NCBI GenBank assembly: GCA_037444485.1
Contig: JBBIMI010000005.1
Location: forward strand, 1 to 45,574
Length of the DNA: 45,574 bases
Reading direction: 5' to 3'
DNA from: Candidatus Micrarchaeota archaeon
GTDB taxonomy: Archaea > Micrarchaeota > Micrarchaeia > Norongarragalinales > Norongarragalinaceae
The notes under the pieces were generated by a model, which had not been told where the DNA came from, searched no databases, and saw only the letters and a list, made by a program, of their open reading frames with translations. Shown here piece by piece: positions 8,517 through 17,900 of the stretch. How positions within the stretch are numbered: the stretch's first letter is position 1; each line of letters opens with the position of its first letter. The position numbers were made by a program, and so were the translations under genes.

Positions 8517-10118
8517 TCAAGCGAAATTAAGTGTTTTCACTACTCCTGACTGCAAGTCGTATACTGGCAAAAGGCACGGCGTTACGACGTGCCCTTGTTT
8601 TACTTGGTACTCTGTTTTTTCCTGCCAAGTTCCAGAATTGATTATTGTCGTGCCGCGGTATTCGGCGTAACCATTCTTGTGCACGTGCCCAAAGTGCAGG
8701 ATGTCTGGCGTGTTCGAAATCACGAGCGCGTCGCGCTCTGTTGGAAGAAGCGGCTTGTCGCCGTATACTGGCGCGAGGTGCCGCCTTCGAAGCATTTCTA
8801 TTCCAATGAGTTCCGGGTGTTGATAACCGTTCGACGCGTTCAACCCTGAAACTATGGAGTCAACTGAATTGCCGTGATACATTAAAACGCGCACTCCATG
8901 CAATTCTACTTGAACTGGGTTCGGCGCGAAGTGAATGTTTTCGCGCTCGCCGAGGCTCTTCACGAGTTCAAACGGCAAGCTCGGCTGCGGCTCCGCAACG
9001 CGTACAGCATCATGGTTTCCTGGAATCACGACGACTTCAATCCATTCCGGAATCGCTTTCAGCAATTCACAGAAAATCTCGTACTGCGCGTAAATGTCTT
9101 TAGTCACCAGCTCGCGTTCTTGCGCGGGATAAACGCCGATTCCGTCCGCCAAATCGCCTGCAACGAGCAAATACTTTATTTTTCCCGCCACGATTTTTTC
9201 CTCTTCACCGCAATCGCCGTTCAAGAATTTCAATAAACGCTGAAAGTTTTCGTGAAGAAACTTTTTGTTTCCAACATGCAGGTCACTCAAAAACGCGGCG
9301 GACACTCCTTCAACGCCGTTCGTCTCGCTAGCGCTCACTAGGTTCTTCTGGCGGTATTCAACGTCAGGCCAAGAAAGCCCGCATGCTATAAACAAGCCGT
9401 TACTGTAATAACCGTCGACTGCAATCACTTCATCGTAAAGCAGTGAAGCAGCCTGCGCGCGCAAAGGCGAGTCTCTAGCAAAAAGCGTTGGCAGAATGCC
9501 TTCCTCGTCTTCGAGGTCTACGAGCAAGTGACCGTTTTTCGTCTCGCGCTTGTTGTAAACCAATCCGATGACGCGCACGTTCTTCCGCCCGCCTGCAAAC
9601 GCGTTTGCGTTTGCGACTACAGTCGCGTTCGAACGGACTTCGCTCGTTGTAAGAAACGCGTTTTCAGTAGAGCGCGAGCGCAGAATCCAGCTCAACCGCT
9701 TGAACCTGTCACGAAAAAAAGCTATGAAATCGTCGGCTTGGTTTTTGCATTTTTTTTCGACTTCAGGTTCCGGAAAACGAAGGTGCGAGTCAACGTTCTT
9801 CGCTTCAGCATCGAATTCTTTTGAGGTTTGTTCCACTACAACTTGTGTTTGAACCGCCTGCAATGCCTTCCGCTCGACGTCCAACGATTCTATTAATTCG
9901 CTTGCGAGCGCGTGCGTGACGATGAAGTTTCCCCGTTGCTTGCATAATTCGATTGCCTTGCGCGCGAGGTCAAGCGCTTCGACTTCTCCCCGTTCGGCAA
10001 GGCACGCTAGCGCTTCACTATCAATCAAAAGCTTGTGTGAGAAAATCAAGCGCTTCAAGGATTCGGTTAAGAGAGGGTCTGGACTCTCGCTGCCTGCAGT
10101 TTCATTCAAAAAACCCAC
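8517..10118 (-). CDS. polB: DNA polymerase D small subunit DP1 (proofreading exonuclease)
   Basis: OB fold plus calcineurin-like motifs SDLHVG, GDLADGIGVYP, PGNHD, YHG, HLAP and GHVH; adjacent to DP2. Confidence 0.96.
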   Translation of the reverse strand: MGFLNETAGSESPDPLLTESLKRLIFSHKLLIDSEALACLAERGEVEALDLARKAIELCKQRGNFIVTHALASELIESLDVERKALQAVQTQVVVEQTSKEFDAEAKNVDSHLRFPEPEVEKKCKNQADDFIAFFRDRFKRLSWILRSRSTENAFLTTSEVRSNATVVANANAFAGGRKNVRVIGLVYNKRETKNGHLLVDLEDEEGILPTLFARDSPLRAQAASLLYDEVIAVDGYYSNGLFIACGLSWPDVEYRQKNLVSASETNGVEGVSAAFLSDLHVGNKKFLHENFQRLLKFLNGDCGEEEKIVAGKIKYLLVAGDLADGIGVYPAQERELVTKDIYAQYEIFCELLKAIPEWIEVVVIPGNHDAVRVAEPQPSLPFELVKSLGERENIHFAPNPVQVELHGVRVLMYHGNSVDSIVSGLNASNGYQHPELIGIEMLRRRHLAPVYGDKPLLPTERDALVISNTPDILHFGHVHKNGYAEYRGTTIINSGTWQEKTEYQVKQGHVVTPCLLPVYDLQSGVVKTLNFA

Positions 10119-10296
10119 CGTTTCAAAAAACCAGCTTTATTGAAGCTAGCGACTAAATGCTTTTTGAAAAAAGTGGTTAAAAAAACTTGCGGCTGTTTAA
10201 TGGGTTCAAGCCTTCCCTCTCTTTACTTGCCTGAAACAATTTTTTTTAACGCGTTTGATTAAACTCTTTTTTGGCTTTTTTGAGGTATGTTCAACT

Positions 10297-11055
10297 TCAA
10301 GCTTGCTGGTTTTCCTGGTTTTCTGGTAGCTTGCTTGTTTCTAGTTTCCTGGTTTTCGGCTTAAACATTATCGCGATGTGATTTGCTTGGTCGAACCACT
10401 CGGAGTATTCTTTAACTAGTTTGTTGTACGCTGTGTCTTTGCGTTCCTGCGTTTTTTTCCCGCTAAGCCCAGTAAACCAACCGCCCCCAGGCGTTTTTAC
10501 CGCGTATTTCGAGACTTTAAGGCCAGCGTCTAAAGCGATTTTATTAATTTTCGGAAACTGTAAGTCGAACGCTTTTTTCGTGTACGATCCTATTTGCGGC
10601 GTGAACGCTTGAAAGTTTATCAAGGGACTATTGTCTTGAAAAACGTGGTAGAAAAACCCGCCAGGTTTCAGAAATTTGGCTATCACTTTCAACGCTTCCG
10701 GGCCTTTTTCATTCACTCCAAGAAAAGGGGGCGGCATGTGAACGTGAATCTCGTCAAACTTTTCAAGGTTTTCCTTGCCGAGAATTTCAGTCAACTGTTT
10801 CCCGAGTTTTCCCGGATCACTCAAGTCTAACGCTTTTTCTATAAAATTTTCTTTCAAGCGCCCTTGTTTTTCGCGCCCTTGTTTTTCGTACGGCTGGGGC
10901 TTGCCTTCAATCTTCGCGTCTATTCCAGTGTACTCTAAAATCTTGCCCGAATGTAAAAGTTTTGAATAGCGTTCGTAAATTGGTTTTCTTGCTACTGCTT
11001 TAGGCCCGCAGAACAAGTCAAGGATTTTGTAGGGGGACTTTCCCGTAACGACCAC
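10297..11055 (-). CDS. Hypothetical protein, possible divergent class I SAM-dependent methyltransferase
   Basis: KILDLFCG (motif I-like), FDEIHVHMPPP and LKPGGFFY; more AT-rich than its neighbours by eye. Confidence 0.5.
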   Translation of the reverse strand: MVVTGKSPYKILDLFCGPKAVARKPIYERYSKLLHSGKILEYTGIDAKIEGKPQPYEKQGREKQGRLKENFIEKALDLSDPGKLGKQLTEILGKENLEKFDEIHVHMPPPFLGVNEKGPEALKVIAKFLKPGGFFYHVFQDNSPLINFQAFTPQIGSYTKKAFDLQFPKINKIALDAGLKVSKYAVKTPGGGWFTGLSGKKTQERKDTAYNKLVKEYSEWFDQANHIAIMFKPKTRKLETSKLPENQENQQA

Positions 11056-11069
11056 TCAATCAACCGCGT

Positions 11070-11393
11070 TCAGTTTTCTTGAATTACTTCCTGCTTTAAC
11101 GCTTCCAATTCGCTCAACAAGTTCCAAACCATCGTGCGCGCGTGCGTAGGCAAGTTGATGTCGTTACTGATTTCGTCAAGCGCGTAAATCGCGCTGCTTA
11201 ACGCGGTAGGCAAGTCGCTCTTCGCTTCCTCGCCGCCCAGCTTTGCGCGCGCGTCCCCAAGTCTCGCGCGGACGTTGCGTGGCACGCTCGAGTCTTCCAC
11301 GAGGGAGTCGAGCACGGATATTATCTGCAATAGTTTTTTCTGCACGGTGTCTGTCACGAGAATCACGTCCGTCGTCAACCCAAAAATCGTCAA
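11070..11393 (-). CDS. UPF0147 family protein
   Basis: DSSVPRNVR and LDEISNDINLPTHARTMVWNLLSELE; start uncertain. Confidence 0.88.
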   Translation of the reverse strand: MTIFGLTTDVILVTDTVQKKLLQIISVLDSLVEDSSVPRNVRARLGDARAKLGGEEAKSDLPTALSSAIYALDEISNDINLPTHARTMVWNLLSELEALKQEVIQEN

Positions 11394-11889
11394 CCCAAAA
11401 AGTTACTAAAAAAGTTATTTGCATAAATTGCATAAGTTATTGTGGTTATCGTTATTTGCGGTTATTCGCATTTTACCAGCATTTTACCCGCATTTTTTGC
11501 GTTAATCCCGTTAATTGCGTTAACTGCGTTAATCAGTTCGTGAACTGGTTTAAGGTTTATTAAGTTTTAAGTTGATTAATTGTTTTTTTAACACGCGCTT
11601 GCTTTAATTTAAACGTGTTTGCTTAAATAATTTAAACGTGTTTGCTTAAATATTCTTCTATTTATTTGATTTTTTCCCCAGTTTTTAGTTTTTTAGTATT
11701 TTTTTAGTATTTTTGCGTTTAGTTTTTTGAGTTTTTTGTTCGTGATAGTGGTTTTGAAAATGTTCGTGATAGTGGTTTTGAAAAACGTGCTTGCCTGAAT
11801 TTAAATACATGCTTGCTTAAATATTTTTTTATTTAATTTTTCAGTGTTTTTCAGTTTTTGCGCGTGATAGTGGATTCGAGGCTTCGAAA

Positions 11890-13152
11890 ATGAATTTCGC
11901 TTTATTGAAAAATCTATTAGATTCCGGGGTTGAAGGCAGGGTGGTGTTGACGCGCGTTGACGTCAACGCGCCTGTCGAGAACGGCGTTGTCAGCGACTCA
12001 CCCCGCTTCACGGAATGCGCGCAGACGCTGCGCGCTCTCGCCGCTGGCGGCGCGCGCGTGGTTGTTCTCGCGCACCAAGGCAGGCCGGGAGGCGAGGATT
12101 TTCTTTCGCTCGCGCAGCATGCGGCTCTGCTTTCAAAGCGCGTGAAAAAGAAAGTCAAGTTCGCCGACGACTTGTTTAGCTCGCGCGCATTAAACGAAAT
12201 AAAAAAGCTAAAGAATGGAAAGTTGTTGTTGCTTGAAAACACGCGTTTTTATTCAGAGGAATTGCTTGAAGCGCCGCCTGAAAAGCTCGCGCAAACGCTT
12301 TTCGTGAAAACCTTGGCGAGCGCAGCGAATGCGGCGAGCGCGGGCGGCGTGGGCGCGTTCGTGAATGAAGCGTTCAGCGTTTCACACCGCGCGCAAGCGT
12401 CCATCGTCGGCTTTCCGGAATTGCTGCCTTCATTCGCTGGACTCGCGTTGGAACGCGAGGTCGGCGCGCTCGAGCGCGCGACTACGCTCGCAGAGAGGCC
12501 TGTAGTGTTCGTGTTCGGCGGGGGAAAGCCCGACGATTGCTTTAAAATATTGAAGAACTCGTTGGAAAAGGAAATCGTTGACAAAGTGCTTTTGGGTGGC
12601 GTGATTGGAGAGTTGGCGTTGCTCGCGCAAGGCAAAGACATAGGCGTGAAGCGTGCGTTCCTCGAAGAAAAAGGTTTTGCGAAAATCGTGTTAGAGTTGA
12701 AGGTGGTTCTCGAAAAGTTCGGCGCGCGCATCGAGTTGCCGCGTGACTTGGCGTTCGCTGACGCGGACGGCGTTCGCGTTGAAGTGCCTGTCGACCAGGC
12801 GAGTGGTTTGAAGGCGCGTGTGGGCGACGTCGGCAGCGTAACGGCAAACGCTTTCGCTAACGCGTTAAAGCAAGCGAAGACCGTTTACTTTAAAGGCCCG
12901 CTTGGAGAATTCGAAAAGCCGGCGTTCGAATTAGGAACTCGCGTTGTGTTGAAGGCGATCGTCGACTCTAAAGCGTTTTCTTTGGTTGGCGGAGGGCATT
13001 CGATGGCTGCAATCGAAAAATTTGGTTTCAACAAGAAAAAATTTGGGCACGCAAGCAACGCTGGCGGCGCGCTCGTCTCGTTCCTGAGCGGCGAGAAGCT
13101 GCCTGGACTCGCCGCGCTCGAGAAGGCGTTCGAACGCGGTAAACAAGGTTAA
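11890..13152 (+). CDS. pgk: Phosphoglycerate kinase (archaeal type)
   Basis: RVDVNAP, LAHQGRPG, LLENTRF, AFSVSHR, GGGHS and SNAGGA..FLSGEKLPGL. Confidence 0.95.
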   Translation: MNFALLKNLLDSGVEGRVVLTRVDVNAPVENGVVSDSPRFTECAQTLRALAAGGARVVVLAHQGRPGGEDFLSLAQHAALLSKRVKKKVKFADDLFSSRALNEIKKLKNGKLLLLENTRFYSEELLEAPPEKLAQTLFVKTLASAANAASAGGVGAFVNEAFSVSHRAQASIVGFPELLPSFAGLALEREVGALERATTLAERPVVFVFGGGKPDDCFKILKNSLEKEIVDKVLLGGVIGELALLAQGKDIGVKRAFLEEKGFAKIVLELKVVLEKFGARIELPRDLAFADADGVRVEVPVDQASGLKARVGDVGSVTANAFANALKQAKTVYFKGPLGEFEKPAFELGTRVVLKAIVDSKAFSLVGGGHSMAAIEKFGFNKKKFGHASNAGGALVSFLSGEKLPGLAALEKAFERGKQG

Positions 13153-13271
13153 ACTGGAAAAAAGCTGGAAAAGAAAGAAAAAAGAATAAAAAAGAAGGAA
13201 AAAAAATAGGGTGGATTGCGCGCTTTCGCGCGCTCCAACAAAAAACAACTTTTCATATTTTGCTTATTTTC

Positions 13272-13424
13272 TTATTTTGACGACAGGCCGCAGCTCTTTA
13301 CGTGCCTCCAAAGCTTTTTCGTCATTTCGCTCGGCGTTATCGCACTGCCGCCGAACACGTCCTTGCACGAGTGCGGGCACTTGCCGAACGAAATCGTGTA
13401 CCCGCCAAACGGTTTTCTAGCCAT
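13272..13424 (-). CDS. Small SWIB/MDM2-like protein (50 aa; missed by ORF track)
   Basis: Manual translation MARKPFGGYTISFGKCPHSCKDVFGGSAITPSEMTKKLWRHVKSCGLSSK; AGGTGA RBS; xSEMTKKLWxxVKxxGL resembles the SWIB helix. Confidence 0.7.
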   Translation of the reverse strand: MARKPFGGYTISFGKCPHSCKDVFGGSAITPSEMTKKLWRHVKSCGLSSK

Positions 13425-13663
13425 TTTTTTGTTTTCACCTTTCCCCAACCCAGAGAACTTGAGTTCCCCGAGTTAAAATCAGTGAATGCTGTTACGAAAA
13501 AAACATTTAAAAACCTATTCATAGAAGAAAACGAGGAAAAAACGTTTTTAAACAAGGAAGAAAACGAGAAAACATAGAGGAGAGAAAGCGAGAAAAAAGG
13601 GGAAGAAAAAAGGGGAAGGAAACAAGAAAAAGAGAGGAAACGAGAAAATGCTGTAATGTTGAA

Positions 13664-13819
13664 AGCCCCCGGCGAGATTTGAACTCGCGACCTTCTGTTT
13701 CCGCGCTTTCACTCTTCTCTTCCAAGTTTTTTCAATGTTTTCTTTTTTCCAAGGTTTTTTCTTTTCCCAAAAGAAAAAAGCTTTACGAGACAGACGCTCT
13801 ACCTCTGAGCTACGGAGGC
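13664..13819 (-). tRNA. tRNA-Thr(CGT) with an 84 nt intron at 37/38 (13700-13783)
   Basis: Spliced 72 nt cloverleaf GCCTCCG TA GCTC AGAGGTA GAGC G TCTGT CTCGTAA ACAGA AGGTC GCGAG TTCAAAT CTCGC CGGGGGC T; CCA not encoded. Confidence 0.92.
13720..13783. repeat. Single copy of the hairpin repeat plus its T-rich flank, inside the tRNA-Thr intron
   Basis: AAGGTTTTTTCTTTT-CCC-AAAAGAAAAAAGCTT; 13720-13758 is identical to 27452-27490. Confidence 0.93.
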
Positions 13820-13999
13820 GTTGTGTGCCGAATACAACAAAACGAATACAACAAAAACTTTTTTAGTGCTTTCGCCGCAATCTTTACAAACACTTTTTTA
13901 CAAACACTTTATATTCTTTATTTCCGCCTAATAAAAACTTTTGATTTTTTTGTGTTTTTGATTTTTGTGTTTTTGATTTTTTGGTGTGATGCTGCAAAA

Positions 14000-14869
14000 A
14001 TGGTTTTCTCTCAAGCTACTGCTCTCGTCGGGCTTATACTGAATTTCACGATTGCGATTTACGCCTTCAAGCGCGAGTGGCTTGACGCTGGTGGAACAGT
14101 AGCAGCAATCGCGGTTGGCATGCTAGTGTTTTCGTTCGGGGGTTGGACTTGGCTCGCGCTCCTAGTATTCTTTTTCGCTTCCTCGAACTTTGCAGCCCGT
14201 TGGCGTGAAAAGGAAAAGAAAGCGCCGCGCAAAGAATTCGCTAAAGGTGAAGTGCGCGACTTTTGGCAGGTTATCGCGAACGGCGGGATTCCCGTGTTGC
14301 TAGCTGTCGTTTACAACGCGTACCAATCTCCAGTAGTATTCGCATCTTTTTTGGGCGTGGTTGCGACTGTCACAGCGGACACGTGGGCGACTGAGTTAGG
14401 CATTCTCGAAAAAAAACCGCGGCTTATCACGACATTCAAGCAAGTGCGCCGCGGCACGAGTGGCGCGATTTCGCGGACAGGACTCGCGGTTTCGTTTGCA
14501 GCCGGCTTGGTAGTCGCACTCCTCGTTTACGCTCTCGACTGGATTACTGCGCTCGTTGGCGGCGCTGCGTTCGGCGTTCCAGCGCGCCAGTTCGTAGGCG
14601 GCAAGTCGCTGGTTTTACTTACTGGATTCGTGGCTGTGCTAGGCAGTCTCGCAGATAGTTTGTTTGGCGCTACTGTGCAAGGAATTTATTATTGTTTGAA
14701 GTGCAGGAAAGAAACTGAAAAACGCGTTCACTTTTGTGGCGCGAAAACGCGTTTGCGTAAAGGATTCGCGGTCATCGACAACGATTCCGTGAATTTTTTG
14801 GCGTCGATAGTAGGCGGAATCGCTGCAGCCGGGCTTTACTTTTTGTTAAGCTTCATCAACTTAATTTGA
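14000..14869 (+). CDS. DUF92/TMEM19-family membrane protein
   Basis: RDFWQVIANGG, ADTWATELG, GTSGAIS..G, DSLFGATVQ and NDSVN; start set at ATG 14000 (the ORF-track extension overlaps tRNA-Thr). Confidence 0.92.
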   Translation: MVFSQATALVGLILNFTIAIYAFKREWLDAGGTVAAIAVGMLVFSFGGWTWLALLVFFFASSNFAARWREKEKKAPRKEFAKGEVRDFWQVIANGGIPVLLAVVYNAYQSPVVFASFLGVVATVTADTWATELGILEKKPRLITTFKQVRRGTSGAISRTGLAVSFAAGLVVALLVYALDWITALVGGAAFGVPARQFVGGKSLVLLTGFVAVLGSLADSLFGATVQGIYYCLKCRKETEKRVHFCGAKTRLRKGFAVIDNDSVNFLASIVGGIAAAGLYFLLSFINLI

Positions 14870-14985
14870 CGCTTTCTTGACGCTTTACATTAACCTGCGA
14901 AAACGCTTCAACGTTTAACTGCAACGATTTTTTTTCGAAATGTTTTTCGAAATGTTTTTTAACGCTTGAAGCGTTCTCTTTACTC

Positions 14986-17900
14986 ATGGCTTTAGAAGGC
15001 GTTAAAGAAAAACTCGCTTTGGTTTACACCGCGCTTGAAGCAAAGTATTACGCTTTAATGGATTGGCTTGAAGCGAAAGGCTTGAAGGTGTACGAATTTT
15101 TCGTTAACCCAATCGAGTCCCGCGGAATCCCTTCTTTTCCAGTATTCGTCTTACTCGTGTTAATCGTTGTCTCGCTTCTCGGCTTCGCCTTCTACTCGCT
15201 TTTCTTCGCGCCTGGCGGCAAGGCGTTGGTGGTGAGTGTTGAGAGTGTTAATGGAAAAAAAGTTGATGGCGCGAGTGTTGTCATGCTTGATGGAAGCGTG
15301 AAGGTTTCTGAAAACTCTACTGTCGGCGGAAAAGCGGCTTTTGTTGGATTGCCTGCGAAGTTGCTTTCGCTTGTTGTGTCGAAATCCGGCTTCAAGAAAG
15401 CGAGAAAGGAAGTGGATTTGAGTGCTGCTGTAGAGACTGAAGTGGTAAAAATTATTCTCGCGTGCGAGTCGAGCGCGTGCGAGGAAACTTACGGTAATGC
15501 GACGAAGCCGGCTTTAGCGTTCGAGGAAAACGCGCGGCTGGTTGTGAACGTTGTTGACTCGTCGAGCGGTGAGAGCGTGAATGCGCGCGTGAGCGTTTAC
15601 GACGCTGTTTCCAACGTGCTGCTCACTGAAGTTTCGACTGTCAGCGGGGTTGCTGTCGTGAGCGACTTGGAAATCGGTTCACAGGTTTACTTGAAAGCCG
15701 AGGCTGACGGTTACTTGGCTTTCGATGGTTCGAAGAGCGTGAAGACGCTCGAGGCGGGAAGCAACGACGTTGAAATAAGAATGGTTCCGCTTGTAGAGAA
15801 AGGGTGCGCGAAGGGCTCGAGCGCGAAGTGCGTTACTGAAGACGGTTATCCTGGAAGCAAAACGTGTGGTTTGGATAACGCTTACGGCGAGTGCGTTGCA
15901 ACCCCGAATTACTGTAATCCTGGAACAAAGATTTCTTGTACTACGAGCGACGCTTGCGCTGGAATCATGACTTGCAATTCCAGTAAGTTGTATGGAGACT
16001 GCGTCAAGACTGTTCCAGCGTGCAAAAACTCTTGCACGCCTGGAGACGAGCTTGCTTGCACTACGCGTGAAGGCTTTCAAGGCGTAATGACTTGCAACTC
16101 TAACGGCTTGTATGGAGAGTGCGAGCGCATTCCAATCGACTGCACTCCAGGCTGGCAGATTTCGTGCACTGCAGGAAATGCTTGCGTTGGAAAGCAAAAG
16201 TGCGGTGACGACAAGCGTTGGGGCGCGTGCGTTCCTAACGACGCGTCATGCGTTGGCGGGAATTTTGGTTCAAGCAAAGTAATCGTTGTGAATGCTGAGG
16301 ATGGGAAACCTGTTTCAAACGCTTTCGTCAGCGTTTACGTTGTCGGTTCAAGCACGCCGTTGATTAAAGACAAGGTTACTGACAAAAACGGTTCCGTCGT
16401 CTTTAACCTTTCAACTGAAAACGCTTCCGCGTATTTTGCTGTTGCTTCAAAACAAGGTTTTTTCGAGGAACCGTCGAACGTGTTTTACCCTGGAGAAAAC
16501 GTTGAAGTAATGCTTGAAAAAAAGACTACCGAAAATTCTGCTAACTTGAGCGTGCGCGTCGTCGACGTCGATTCGAATCCGGTGCCTTACGCACTCGTCG
16601 CTTTGTTTAGGAAGAGCGTCGACCAACCAGAAATAGTTTTTCAAATCAAGAGCGTGCAAGCAGCGGACGAAACCGGGATTGCTTCATTCAACGACTTAAA
16701 GAAAGGTTCCTTGATAATCGCGAACGCGACTCTAGACGCGCAGCATGGTTCTGCTGAAAAGGTTTTAAGCGATCAGACGAACTCTCTTGACGTGCAGCTG
16801 GAACTCCCGCCAGCGTCGATAACAATTCAAGCGACGAACCTGCTGTCAGGCGCAGTCATTGAAGACGCGGAGTTCAAGGCGTTCTTCAAGGAAAGCGAGT
16901 TAAGCGCGTGCGCTTCGCCGAATTGCACTCTTTCAGTGAAAGGCCTTTACCCGATTCGCGTTGAAGCAAGCGCGCCAGGCTTTTCGCCGAAGCCCTACTC
17001 TGCTACAGTAACCTTGCACGCTAACGAAAACGCTTTCCTCAACGCGCTTCTAATTGATGACGATGACGTGAATGGAAGCATCGCAGTTCCAAGCAACCCG
17101 TTCGTAGTCGACGCTGTCACCGGATTTAACGTTACTGCCTTAAAGCCTGGACACACTTACTCCGCGCGTTTTCAACTCGTCACGCGCGAAGACGCTGAAC
17201 TCGAGCAAACTGGTTTCCATTTTTCGCTCGAGCCTCAAGGAATCGCGGCGGTAAGTGCTTTCAAGCCTTTCGCCCCGCAAACGCTTGGAGGTGTTCTCGA
17301 TGAAACGCTCGGCTGTGGTGACGCGTCTCCAGTAAATGCTTCAAGTGGTTTGAGCTTGTCGTGGCTCGACTTGACTTTCCAAGGCGCAAAGAACCTTCCA
17401 GTTGAAGTGAATTTCACTGTTTCAACAACCACTGCTCTCGATCCCGTCACGCATCAAGGCATTCTATCGCTGAAAGCAAGGAGTTTCGCAGTCAACAACA
17501 GCCAGTGGGTGCGCAATCCGTTCGATGAGAATTACTCCGTCAGTCCCGGCGAGATTCTCGAAAGCGGCTGCAACGCGAAAAGCGATTACTACAATTATCT
17601 AGTAACGAGCTTGGGGTACTCGTGCAACGAGTTGGCGTGCGTTTTCGTCAAGTTCATTCAAGCAGGACGCGAAGGCTTCGATGGTTTTGAAGCAAGCGAC
17701 TTGAAGCAAGCCGTCTTGCTGTACTTGTCTGGCTTAAAGCAGCCGCAGGCAACCCCTTCGCCGACAGCATCGCCTTCACCAGAAGGATCGCCGGAAGCGA
17801 GTCCCGAATCCTCGCCTGAAGCTTCGCCTGAAACGACGCCATCGCCGTCTCCTTCGCCGACCGCGGTGCCGACTGTGAAGACGAACGCGAGCGCGCTCGC

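Noticed and set aside
13679-13999. 107 aa N-terminal extension of the DUF92 ORF
   Set aside because: Overlaps tRNA-Thr and its upstream region; family-like sequence starts at ATG 14000
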